Assembly (NCBI GenBank): GCA_963722605.1
Contig: CAVRNO010000004.1
Location: forward strand, 538,335-602,334
DNA length: 64,000 nucleotides
Direction: 5' to 3'
Origin: Candidatus Binataceae bacterium
GTDB taxonomy: Bacteria; Desulfobacterota; Binatia; Binatales; Binataceae
Shown piece by piece: positions 8,750-17,019 of the stretch. Position 1 is the stretch's first letter. Every line of letters starts with the position of its first letter. Both the position numbers and the translations under genes were made by a program. The notes beneath the pieces are model-generated. The model ran no database searches and was not told the DNA's origin. It saw nothing but the letters and a program-made list of their open reading frames with translations.

Positions 8750-9382
8750 TTGACGGAGGGCAAAACGGTGCATCCGGACACACGAGAAGTGGCGCACCAC
8801 ATGCGAGAATTCGGTCTGACTATTCTCGGGCGGGCTACTTACGACGTTACTTTCTCCGAGATGACGAAGCCATTTGCGCATGCAATGGCTGTGGCGCATG
8901 CGGCGCACGGCGCAGAAATCGCCATCAAGGCGCGCATTGCGCAGGAGCACCCATTACTCTTGTTTAAGAGTCTCCCAAAATCAACCAACGCCGAAAACCA
9001 ACTGACGGTTGCGGAGCTGTTTGAGTACGGACGCACCATCGAGTTTCACGATCTTCCGGAGTCGCTCTGGGCTGCCACCGGCATTCGGATGGACGGCGTC
9101 GAAGAGTACCAGCGGTTCGGGAAACTTCGAAACACTATCATCCATTTCGCCGTTCCAGATCACGACTTTGCCTGTGAGACACTCAAGTTCTTGTTTCAAG
9201 TGATGGAACCGTTGGGGCATCGCTTCTGGGATACGTCCATCTTGCCGTACGCAAGTGAGTGGGATGAGGTCGCGGTCTCAGACGGTTATTTAGAAGAACG
9301 ACTCGTCGAATGCGGCATTGATATCACACCTGATTTGCGCGCTGCGCTCGACGCCGAAAAGCCCCAGCCCTATGCGCCCTAG
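8750..9382 (+). CDS. HEPN-like protein (210 aa)
   Basis: Contains GKLRNTIIHFAVP, i.e. the R-x4-H HEPN signature in its typical RN...H context; 25 nt downstream of the preceding gene. Confidence 0.45.
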   Translation: MTEGKTVHPDTREVAHHMREFGLTILGRATYDVTFSEMTKPFAHAMAVAHAAHGAEIAIKARIAQEHPLLLFKSLPKSTNAENQLTVAELFEYGRTIEFHDLPESLWAATGIRMDGVEEYQRFGKLRNTIIHFAVPDHDFACETLKFLFQVMEPLGHRFWDTSILPYASEWDEVAVSDGYLEERLVECGIDITPDLRAALDAEKPQPYAP

Positions 9383-9701
9383 TAATGAAACAACTTGCCC
9401 TCTGCTACTCCGGTATGAAAATGCCTGGCTCGAGGCTCGCAAAGACAATAAACCGTCCGCGTCGAAGACTTCGCGTATTCGAGCCGTCGAATCATTGTCA
9501 TGTCGATTTCGCTGAAGGATAATGTGATTTTGGAGGATCTTGCTGATCATCTGTAATGATCTTTTGTAATGATTTTTTTGACCGCCAAGCCGTCGAATGC
9601 AAATAGAGTAAAGGTTTATCCACAGGACGGGCTTGATTCGAGCGAATAATTAGCGAACACTGTAGAGAGAACTTTAGCCAAAACGCGCAAGGAGGAAGCT
9701 A

Positions 9702-9794
9702 ATGGTGCCAAATATCTTTTGCCGCAAGTCGAGTTTCCTGATAAAAGATGCAGACAGTTCGTCAACCTTTGAGCGGAGGAGGAGGAGGAGCTGA
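9702..9794 (+). CDS. Possible 31-aa leader peptide (MVPNIFCRKSSFLIKDADSSSTFERRRRRS)
   Basis: Strong RBS AAGGAGG 6 nt upstream of the ATG; the stop abuts the next ATG; the ORF ends in five Arg codons (AGG x4, AGC). Confidence 0.25.
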   Translation: MVPNIFCRKSSFLIKDADSSSTFERRRRRS

Positions 9795-9816
9795 GATGGG
9801 TCGCGAAAACAACAAG

Positions 9817-10050
9817 ATGAAAGCCACCGATCCCGCGTCCGGGAGGGGCCTGCGGCGGGCAGCTAGGCTGAAGGCAAACATAGCGGATCGAACTACGTTC
9901 GAAGTGATGGGAGCTGCTCAAGGAGGCTGGCTGCGCAGTTACAACGGTCCTGGTCACGGGACAGCCCTACCCGGAAGTTCTGCTAAACGGCACCTACTAC
10001 CGAGGCATCGACGAAATCCGAGCCGGAGTAGCCGAGCTCAGAAGCCAGTA
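9817..10050 (+). CDS. Small DUF433-like ORF requiring a 1-nt frameshift near 9905
   Basis: N-terminal frame MKATDPASGRGLRRAARLKANIADRTTFEV, then the +1 frame ELLKEAGCAVTTVLVTGQPYPEVLLNGTYYRGIDEIRAGVAELRSQ*. The fused product resembles DUF433 (DP..G.P.i.GTRi.v..vl.ll..G....ile.YP.l..edI.aal.ya). It ends just before a strong terminator. Confidence 0.3.
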
Positions 10051-10094
10051 GGAATATCGCTGGTCGCCGAAGCAGAATCCAAGAAATGCTCCAC

Positions 10095-10130
10095 GGGCGG
10101 GTCGACGAAGAGTCGACCCGCTTTTTTTGC
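10095..10130 (+). terminator. Rho-independent terminator
   Basis: CGGGTCGAC-gaaga-GTCGACCCG: a 9-bp GC-rich stem followed by a T7 run (10122-10128). Confidence 0.6.
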
Positions 10131-10212
10131 TCGAAAATATGGACAACCAGCAGTCATTTCCGATACACAATTGGTTCCAGATACTTGATCTCATTTACGC
10201 TCCGCCGACGAC

Positions 10213-12873
10213 ATGAGCAAAGATTACATCATAGTTTGCGCCCCGGCAGGCACATCTCTTACTGAAGCAGTAAACAAGATACGCGACGCCCTGGGCGGAA
10301 CGCCCGCCGTGGAAACTGCGGACGTCGAATGGGAACTCCGCCATCTCTCCGCAACGCCCGCCGACCTGCTAAAGGCGGGGCGGAAGGTCGAGTCTAACAA
10401 GATAACAATGCACGATGTCACATTCTACCTGCCTCGCGAGAATGTCATCAACCTAGCAAACATGGGATTACTCAATGCACTGAAGAAACTTGCGGATTCA
10501 GATAAGCCTACTCTGGTCCTATCGTGTCATCTCACCTATTTCGGGAGTAAACGCTTTGAGTTTTATACCGGGATAGACCCAACGCTTCTTTCCGCACAGC
10601 TAAAACCAACGCGCCTTCTGTTGCTCATCGACGATATCTATGACATGTATATGCGTTTGAGCACCAATGTCGAACCCTTCTTTAGTTTAGAGAGCGCGAT
10701 GCGTTCTACTCTTGCGACTATTCAAAAAGAGGAGGAGATAGAGCTAGACAAACTAGAAGACGAGGACTTGATAACTCTTTGTCTTGCCGAGAAGCTTGGG
10801 ATGATGACACATTTGCTTTCGTGGAGACATCTTGAGACGGTCGTCGCTGAAGGTGTAGCTCGCCAGATCGGCTGTCCGTTCATGGTGTATGGTACGAAGC
10901 AAGCAATTGCGGCTGCAGCCAGCTGGTTGAGGAGCCTTCAACCGATTCAAGTGTACGCATCGCATCCTATCTCTAGAGTGCGTCGAGAATTTCGAAAAAG
11001 CGGTGATTGGGGAGAGCTCCCAGAACAAATCTTTCGCTTCCAGCGTCTTTTATTGAAAGATAATGTCGTCGTCCTGATGCCGACAGCAATTGATGAACGG
11101 CGTATCAAGCGTGGAGACGGCGGGCCGCTGCAGCGCATGCACGTAGAACTAGAGGCGCGCTGGCCATCTCCCAAACAGGCGGAGGCCTCGTTACTTCTCT
11201 ATACGCCTCCACCCGGGGATAACGACTGGGAACACACCAGGATACTTCGCTACGAAACTTGGGACCGCAAAAGAAAACTTCTTCAACCGGTCGGCACCAC
11301 GACGGTGAAAGTCGACCAGAAAGCAAATGTACTCTTACGAGAGTTTGAACGGCAATGCGAGAGAGCACTCGCGTCTAGAGACTATTTGCTCGTCTCTACA
11401 GCCAGGACCATCGTGGTATTTCGCCCTTTCATGGAAGTGCCTTCAGAACCGCGCGAAGGATTGTCTCGGGCGCTTAGTCAAGAGCTGGGACTCTGGGAGC
11501 TGATCGCCAAGTCGCATCCACCCCAAAAAGATAGTGATTTGACCGCTACTCCGAAGGCGTTATTCATTCATTTTAAGAAAGACGTCGACAGCTGGCGAGA
11601 GTACTATAATTCGGGCGAGCCACGGTCTGTCAGATTATATCAAGAGAGGGAAAGAGTCGTTGAACTGATCGCGGAGCCTCACTCTTGGACGTTAAAGCTC
11701 GCTCGGGAACTCCTGGAAGGTTTGGAGGAACGCAAGGAGAATTACTTCTCAGAAGGAAGTGTGCCGAAGTCGAAAGCCGACCAAGTACGACGGGAGTTGC
11801 CGACGCTTGTGGCGCAGGCGCACGAGGAATGGGAGAACTATCAACTTACCGGTGCGGTCCTCAAGTATTTCCGCTTGACACCGACAGACGAGGTGTTCGT
11901 TCAACGCGAACAAGTTCATCTTATCGTTGCAAAAGATATGGACGAGGTGGAACAAAGACAGCGCGAGATTACAGATTTTCTCGCCAGCGGCCTTAAACCG
12001 CCGCCGCTTGGAATCCTCGCACTTAAGGCTCTCCAGTCCTTCGGCGATACCGTCTCTCTGAAAACGACGCGAATCGTTCGCAACTACTACCGTTATTCCC
12101 CGGAAGCTCGGGAAACGCTCAGGTATTGGCGAAATCAGATAGAGAATCCTCTTCGAGACAAGAAGATACCCTGTACCAATTTCCTAATGTGGGGTGAGTC
12201 CGCCTGGGGGAAAACCTCTTTCATCGAGGAGATCGCAGAGGACCTGAAGGTGCTCGGCGTCAAGTCGAAGATTCTCAATGTCGCAAACTTAAAAAACAAG
12301 GAGGTTGACCTCAAACAAGAGCTCGCCGAGATCGACGCGACACCCGAGCCGATAATATGTTTAATTGATGAGATAACCACACCTCGCGCCGAATGGCCGT
12401 TGAACACATTGTTTCCCTTCCTACTTCCGTCCAAGCAATATCCTCACCGTCGGGTCGTCTTCGTAGTGGCAGGCAGCCGCGGTAAAAGTCTTGAAGAGCT
12501 TACGGGAGAAATTAAGGAGCTTTGCCCCAAGCAGCCGAGCGACCTGTTAAATCGCACCCCATATCAATTTGGCTTTCCTCAACCTCAACTCGAAGACTCT
12601 GTTTTGATTTTCACTTCGAAGGTCAAGTTGGCCTTTCCGAGTGTCGACCGAATCGAGAGAGCTTGTCTATTGTATGTGCTTACGGAAAAGCGGACTGGTC
12701 ATCTAATACACGCTTTGGTGCTCGGCCTTGAGTCTAAACTGTCACCTGCGCCGACAACTGTTCATTTGGACGACGTGCTTCCGGTCGCAAGTCCCGATCG
12801 TCTTAAATTTCTATCTCAATACCGGAGCCAGATTGATCAACTCTCTGACAGCTGCGTCCAGATTGAATCGTAA
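10213..12873 (+). CDS. Large uncharacterised protein (886 aa) with a C-terminal P-loop NTPase domain
   Basis: Uninterrupted ORF. Walker A LMWGESAWGKTSF and Walker B PIICLIDEITTP lie near residues 650-720; no motif was recognised in the ~600-aa N-terminal region. It sits immediately upstream of the integrase. Confidence 0.6.
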   Translation: MSKDYIIVCAPAGTSLTEAVNKIRDALGGTPAVETADVEWELRHLSATPADLLKAGRKVESNKITMHDVTFYLPRENVINLANMGLLNALKKLADSDKPTLVLSCHLTYFGSKRFEFYTGIDPTLLSAQLKPTRLLLLIDDIYDMYMRLSTNVEPFFSLESAMRSTLATIQKEEEIELDKLEDEDLITLCLAEKLGMMTHLLSWRHLETVVAEGVARQIGCPFMVYGTKQAIAAAASWLRSLQPIQVYASHPISRVRREFRKSGDWGELPEQIFRFQRLLLKDNVVVLMPTAIDERRIKRGDGGPLQRMHVELEARWPSPKQAEASLLLYTPPPGDNDWEHTRILRYETWDRKRKLLQPVGTTTVKVDQKANVLLREFERQCERALASRDYLLVSTARTIVVFRPFMEVPSEPREGLSRALSQELGLWELIAKSHPPQKDSDLTATPKALFIHFKKDVDSWREYYNSGEPRSVRLYQERERVVELIAEPHSWTLKLARELLEGLEERKENYFSEGSVPKSKADQVRRELPTLVAQAHEEWENYQLTGAVLKYFRLTPTDEVFVQREQVHLIVAKDMDEVEQRQREITDFLASGLKPPPLGILALKALQSFGDTVSLKTTRIVRNYYRYSPEARETLRYWRNQIENPLRDKKIPCTNFLMWGESAWGKTSFIEEIAEDLKVLGVKSKILNVANLKNKEVDLKQELAEIDATPEPIICLIDEITTPRAEWPLNTLFPFLLPSKQYPHRRVVFVVAGSRGKSLEELTGEIKELCPKQPSDLLNRTPYQFGFPQPQLEDSVLIFTSKVKLAFPSVDRIERACLLYVLTEKRTGHLIHALVLGLESKLSPAPTTVHLDDVLPVASPDRLKFLSQYRSQIDQLSDSCVQIES

Positions 12874-12908
12874 CCCATAGCCTGGACTTTTTTCACAGCC
12901 TACACGTA

Positions 12909-13979
12909 TTGTCACAAGATGCTACAATTAGTCTGAGACATAATCGCCCTTATGTTGCAGACAACCGGTCTGGAGCGGGGGGAGCGGTTCCGAAATACAT
13001 GGCCAATCGTGATCTCGTTCCCGCAGATAATCAGCAACATAATGTTCCGAAGCTCCTTTCGGAAGGCAAACACAGTCTCCGGGCGCTCGCTCGCGCGTAC
13101 TTCGTAACCGAGGTTGCCGGCCAGGCACCATCGACGATCGACGCGAAGCGACGCGACCTCACACGATTCTTTCTCTTCTACGCAAAACTTTACGGCCACG
13201 ATCATCCGGAGGAGTGGTACGCATCCGTCACGCGCGAATTCTTGCGACAGACCGCACGCGAGGGAGTTGCGGAAGCGACCCTCGCGCGCACGTATGCAAG
13301 CGTCCGGCATTTCGCGCGATGGATTCATTTCAAAGTCCAGGCATTTCCGCTCGGCTGCCCAACGGACGGCGTCAGGCCTCCTCGCGAACCTGAGCCGCAA
13401 TGGAAGGGACTCTCGCGGGCCGATGAACTCAGGCTCCTCGCAGCCGCCCAGACCCTTCGCATCCGACCAGGGCGGGGGACGAACCAAGGATTGCGAGACC
13501 ACGCCGCGATTGCCGTGCTCTTGGGCTCTGGGCTCCGCGTCTCCGAACTCTTGAATCTCAACTGCGGCCAATACACCGGCCGAGGGTTTCAAAAGCTTCT
13601 CGCCAAAGGCGGACGCATTCGCGATTTCGTTCCGGTGAAGAACGACGCGCGCCAAGTGCTGGAGGAATGGCTCGCCGTCCGCGCCGGCGCACCGGCAGAC
13701 CCAATTTTTCCCACGCGGACCGGAGCTCGCCTATCACGAATGCAATTTTTCAAGGCGCTGCGGCGAGTCGCCGATCAAGCGAACGCGCATCGGAAAGACG
13801 GGGAGCGCCTCACGGTCTCGCCGCACGTGCTTCGGCACACGTTTCTCCGAAAGCTCGCTGAAGAGAAGGGCGTGCAGTACGCGAAGGAAGCGTCCGGTCA
13901 CCGGAGCGACCGCTACATCTGGCGATACGTGAAACCGAATCACGACAGCTTGGCTGACGCGATCGATTCACTGGATTAG
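12909..13979 (+). CDS. Tyrosine recombinase / phage-type integrase
   Basis: Catalytic-region motifs: GSGLRVSELLNLN (R box), HVLRHTFLRKL (H-x-x-R) and SGHRSDRYIWRYV (catalytic Tyr region). An alternative start at 12999 is possible. Confidence 0.85.
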   Translation: MSQDATISLRHNRPYVADNRSGAGGAVPKYMANRDLVPADNQQHNVPKLLSEGKHSLRALARAYFVTEVAGQAPSTIDAKRRDLTRFFLFYAKLYGHDHPEEWYASVTREFLRQTAREGVAEATLARTYASVRHFARWIHFKVQAFPLGCPTDGVRPPREPEPQWKGLSRADELRLLAAAQTLRIRPGRGTNQGLRDHAAIAVLLGSGLRVSELLNLNCGQYTGRGFQKLLAKGGRIRDFVPVKNDARQVLEEWLAVRAGAPADPIFPTRTGARLSRMQFFKALRRVADQANAHRKDGERLTVSPHVLRHTFLRKLAEEKGVQYAKEASGHRSDRYIWRYVKPNHDSLADAIDSLD

Positions 13980-14308
13980 AGGCGGTCGTTTCATGCTGGT
14001 CTCGGCCGCGTTCGAATCGGGCTAGGCTACTGTTCGGTCGGTTATCCCCATCCATTTCACAGGGACCTTATGTCTGCGTGTTATCGTTAGGTTTATGGAG
14101 AGGGACAATCTACAACGATTTGCGGTGTGAAGCTTGACACCCGTTGTGCACCGCGCAGTCTCGCCGGATCCTTCTACGTAAAGCCGTCCTAAAACTACAA
14201 CCAGCCCTCGGCCTAAAACTGCGGGCTCCCCAGAGGGACCAGGTCACTCCTTCCGGGGAGCCTACGCTCCACAGCCCTTTAACATTCCCGCCAAATAAGG
14301 AGTCAGAA

Positions 14309-15025
14309 ATGGAAGGATTATTCGCGCACGTTGATTCTCACAAACTTACCCGCAACGACTTGAAGCTCATCCCTGCCCCCGAGGGCACGGATACCTTCAG
14401 GCCCATCGCTCACGCCGAGCTCGTCGATTCCGTCCACGAGACGCTCTCATTCCGCCACATCAACGTGGTCAAGGACGAGTACGCCGTCTCCGAGGATGGC
14501 ATGAAGCTCTTCGGGGTCATGGAACTCGAGACGGCGATGAACGGCTTCCGCTTCGCTCTCGGCCTTCGCAACGCGAACAATCGCAGTATGCGCCTGGGGC
14601 TTGTCGTCGGCATCAAAGTCTTCTGCTGCGACAACATGGCCTTCTACGGGGACTTCCAACCCGTGCTCGCCAAGCATTCGAAGCACTTCAATCTCCACAA
14701 CGCGCTTGCCGTGGGCATCGACCAGATGCAGCGCAACTTCAAGCCCATGGCCGATCAAGTCGAAGCATGGAGAGCGGCGCAGATCGAGGACGATGACGCC
14801 CGGCGCATCATCTACCGCGCGTTCATCGAGGACCAGCTCGACGCGCCGAAGCATCTCGCGAAGGTCGTCCACGCAAACTACTTCAACCCTCAAATTGAAG
14901 AGTTCACGCCCCGGACGAAGTGGAGCTTGCAAAACGCTTTCACCGGCGCATTCAAACAGCTCGACCCGATACCGATGTATCGCGCAACCGCGAGCTTGGG
15001 AGAGTTCTTTCAGGCCTCGTTGTAA
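14309..15025 (+). CDS. DUF932-like protein typical of conjugative elements
   Basis: AAGGAG RBS 8 nt upstream of the ATG at 14309. Segments such as LSFRHINVVKDEYAVSEDGMKLFGVMELE and GLRNANNRSMRLGLVVGIKVFCCDNMAF resemble the DUF932 family found on ICEs and plasmids; family assignment is from memory. Confidence 0.5.
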   Translation: MEGLFAHVDSHKLTRNDLKLIPAPEGTDTFRPIAHAELVDSVHETLSFRHINVVKDEYAVSEDGMKLFGVMELETAMNGFRFALGLRNANNRSMRLGLVVGIKVFCCDNMAFYGDFQPVLAKHSKHFNLHNALAVGIDQMQRNFKPMADQVEAWRAAQIEDDDARRIIYRAFIEDQLDAPKHLAKVVHANYFNPQIEEFTPRTKWSLQNAFTGAFKQLDPIPMYRATASLGEFFQASL

Positions 15026-15275
15026 GCGGAGTTATGGATATTCGCAGTTTGTGCGGCGAGCCGATCCTCTCCAAGTCCCACGTCACACAGCACGAGCAAG
15101 ACGGCGAGCATCACTATCACGAGTACGGCATTTACCACTCCACCCTCTGCTATTAGACCGCCACTCAGAGCCGCCGCACATTCTGTGGATAACTCAGCTT
15201 GCCGAAATGACTATCTGTCGTAGGGTGAAATGAGCATGACTCGGTATTGAACTGAGTCTTGAAAGGAGAATCAAA

Positions 15276-15548
15276 ATGGCTAAAGGAAGGAAACCGGACT
15301 TCCGGGTGATGTTCCCAGTCACCGCAACGGTAGGGAACGGGAACAATCAGGAAAAGAAGACGCGCTGGCATCGTCATGGCGCGGCGTGGAGGCGCGAGGG
15401 CGGCAGTATCGGGATAGTGCTCGATGTGGGCGTGAAACTTGAGTATCCGGCCGGCGCGCAGCTTGTGCTCGTCGAGGAAAAGGAATTTGAGAGACGGGTC
15501 CAGGAAGGGCGGGCGGCCGGCGCGGATGAGGAAGATATCCCATTCTAA
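15276..15548 (+). CDS. Hypothetical small protein (90 aa)
   Basis: RBS AAAGGAGAA 7 nt upstream of the ATG; no recognised domain. Confidence 0.4.
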   Translation: MAKGRKPDFRVMFPVTATVGNGNNQEKKTRWHRHGAAWRREGGSIGIVLDVGVKLEYPAGAQLVLVEEKEFERRVQEGRAAGADEEDIPF

Positions 15549-15582
15549 CCCCGAGGCGCGCCGAGCCTCCCAGGGAACCATC

Positions 15583-16158
15583 ATGGGCAATTTGCTCAAA
15601 TTCGATGAGATCAAACGGATCCCTGTTGTGCAGGTGCTGGCGCGCTACAGGGTCAAGCTCCACTTCAACGGGACAGGAGCGAGTGCGCTCTGTCCACTCA
15701 AAACGCACCGAGCTGGCGAGAAAGAGCGAACCTTCAGCGTCCACCTCGACCGCAACTACTGGCAGTGCTTCTCGGCCTCGTGCAATTCGCAGAATGGGGG
15801 CCGGCGCGGCGGCGACGTAATCGATCTAGTTGCGCTCATGGAAGGTTGCCGAATGAGAGAAGCTGCCGAGAAGCTCGCCGAGTGGTACGGAATAAAAAGC
15901 GCCCCTCACATGGAGGAGCGCCGCGTGCCACAGGAGCACGCATCAATCAAGGGCTATTCAGATTCTAAGCCCGCGAGCGATAGCGTCAAGGCGAAGTACA
16001 CGGCGCACGTGGAGGAATGGTATCGAGAGCTGACCACGCGACGACAGGGAGAGGATGACGCCGGTTTTGAAAAGCGAGTGCTCACGGGTATCAAGAGCAA
16101 ACTGATTGAGAGTTATCGGAACGGAAAGGCGGCTCAGTCTGCTCGGCCAGATCGGTAG
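15583..16158 (+). CDS. CHC2 zinc-finger primase-like protein (DnaG-type zinc-binding domain)
   Basis: ALCPLKTHRAGEKERTFSVHLDRNYWQCFSASC...GGDVIDLV has the C-H-C-C zinc-ribbon spacing of the primase N-terminal domain; internal ATG at 15583 (MGNLLKF). Confidence 0.6.
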   Translation: MGNLLKFDEIKRIPVVQVLARYRVKLHFNGTGASALCPLKTHRAGEKERTFSVHLDRNYWQCFSASCNSQNGGRRGGDVIDLVALMEGCRMREAAEKLAEWYGIKSAPHMEERRVPQEHASIKGYSDSKPASDSVKAKYTAHVEEWYRELTTRRQGEDDAGFEKRVLTGIKSKLIESYRNGKAAQSARPDR

Positions 16159-16315
16159 GATTCTTCTTAGGTCTGCCGCGTTTCTTCGCAAGAGGGGACG
16201 CGGTTTTTTCATGCCCGAGCAACGCAAGCTGCGCATCTATGGCATCCCGTTCTTCGAGAAGGGTTCTAATGGCTTCCTGTCTCAACTGTTCTGCATGTTC
16301 GCGGGGAGTGGTCAT
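16091..16315 (-). CDS. Small AT-hook DNA-binding protein (74 aa)
   Basis: Coiled-coil-like N-terminus followed by KKRGRPKKNP (AT-hook GRP core). Its start overlaps the stop of the upstream small gene; its 3' end overlaps the primase gene convergently. Confidence 0.45.
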   Translation of the reverse strand: MTTPREHAEQLRQEAIRTLLEERDAIDAQLALLGHEKTASPLAKKRGRPKKNPTDLAEQTEPPFRSDNSQSVCS

Positions 16316-16575
16316 TTGGTTGTATCCTTACTTCGCGCTCGCTTCGCAAACAACTCGTCGGCTTGTCGTTCGATTTCTCCTAGTTCCTTGCCGAAGCGTT
16401 CCATTTCATCGAGTTCGTCTTGCGAGTATTCGTGCCATTCGGGATACGGATCGATGATGAGCAAGAGTTGGCGGGCGAGTTTGCCCGCAGTGAGGGCTTC
16501 AGGCAGTGTCGCGCCGCGGGCGGTGGTGATCTCTCGGAGTTTGGCTACTTTCGCGCGGATTTCATCGGGGGTCAT
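16312..16575 (-). CDS. Hypothetical small protein (87 aa)
   Basis: Excellent RBS on the minus strand (AAAAAGGAGAAATTACGAATG). Confidence 0.5.
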   Translation of the reverse strand: MTPDEIRAKVAKLREITTARGATLPEALTAGKLARQLLLIIDPYPEWHEYSQDELDEMERFGKELGEIERQADELFAKRARSKDTTK

Positions 16576-16623
16576 TCGTAATTTCTCCTTTTTGATGCGC
16601 GTTGGGGTAAGGGACGGTTTATA

Positions 16624-16890
16624 TTACTGACGCATACGTTTCCGAACATCGCGAGCATATCCTTCACGTGTTTTGCGAAGACATGTATCGCAGAATCCTG
16701 TGTCAGGGGCCTCCGAGCATTTGTAATGCACTGCATCGTTACACAAGTCGCAAACATTGAAGTCGCGATCTTCAGTGCCTTCGACTGATACGACAAAAGC
16801 ACCATCTGCCCGTGTGCCCTCGCGCACATTAAACCCACCATGCACCACCTTTTTGCAGACTACGCAAACCTCACCCAGATCTTCTGACAT
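16624..16890 (-). CDS. Cys-rich zinc-ribbon-like small protein
   Basis: Paired C-x2-C motifs (CVVC, CDLC, CDTC) consistent with a zinc ribbon. Confidence 0.4.
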   Translation of the reverse strand: MSEDLGEVCVVCKKVVHGGFNVREGTRADGAFVVSVEGTEDRDFNVCDLCNDAVHYKCSEAPDTGFCDTCLRKTREGYARDVRKRMRQ

Positions 16891-17019
16891 AGTTTTTGAG
16901 AGTTATTCATTGCGTCCCCTACCCCGTTCACGCGGACGGTTGACCTTGCGTTCCGCAAGCGGGGCTTCGGTATCCGTCAATTCAAATGCTAGATATTTTG
17001 CGGGGTGGTGTATGCAGGG

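Noticed and set aside
9748-10188. 146-aa ORF (MQTVRQPLSGGGGGAEMGRENNK...)
   Set aside because: It starts inside the GGAGGAGGAGG repeat and continues through the terminator hairpin with low-complexity Ser/Arg-rich sequence. Only the segment from the ATG at 9817 plus a +1-frame continuation looks protein-like, and this is reported as the DUF433-like small ORF instead.
13981-14010. Possible tRNA T-arm (GCGTTCGAATCGGGC) downstream of the integrase
   Set aside because: The flanking bases do not form a 5-bp T-stem and no acceptor stem or CCA context is present; this is a chance match to the TTCGAAT motif.
16106-16630. 174-aa plus-strand ORF across the small-gene region
   Set aside because: Serine/Cys-rich low-complexity translation with no RBS. 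The two minus-strand ORFs it overlaps have strong RBSs (AAGGAG) and protein-like sequences, so the minus-strand genes are preferred.
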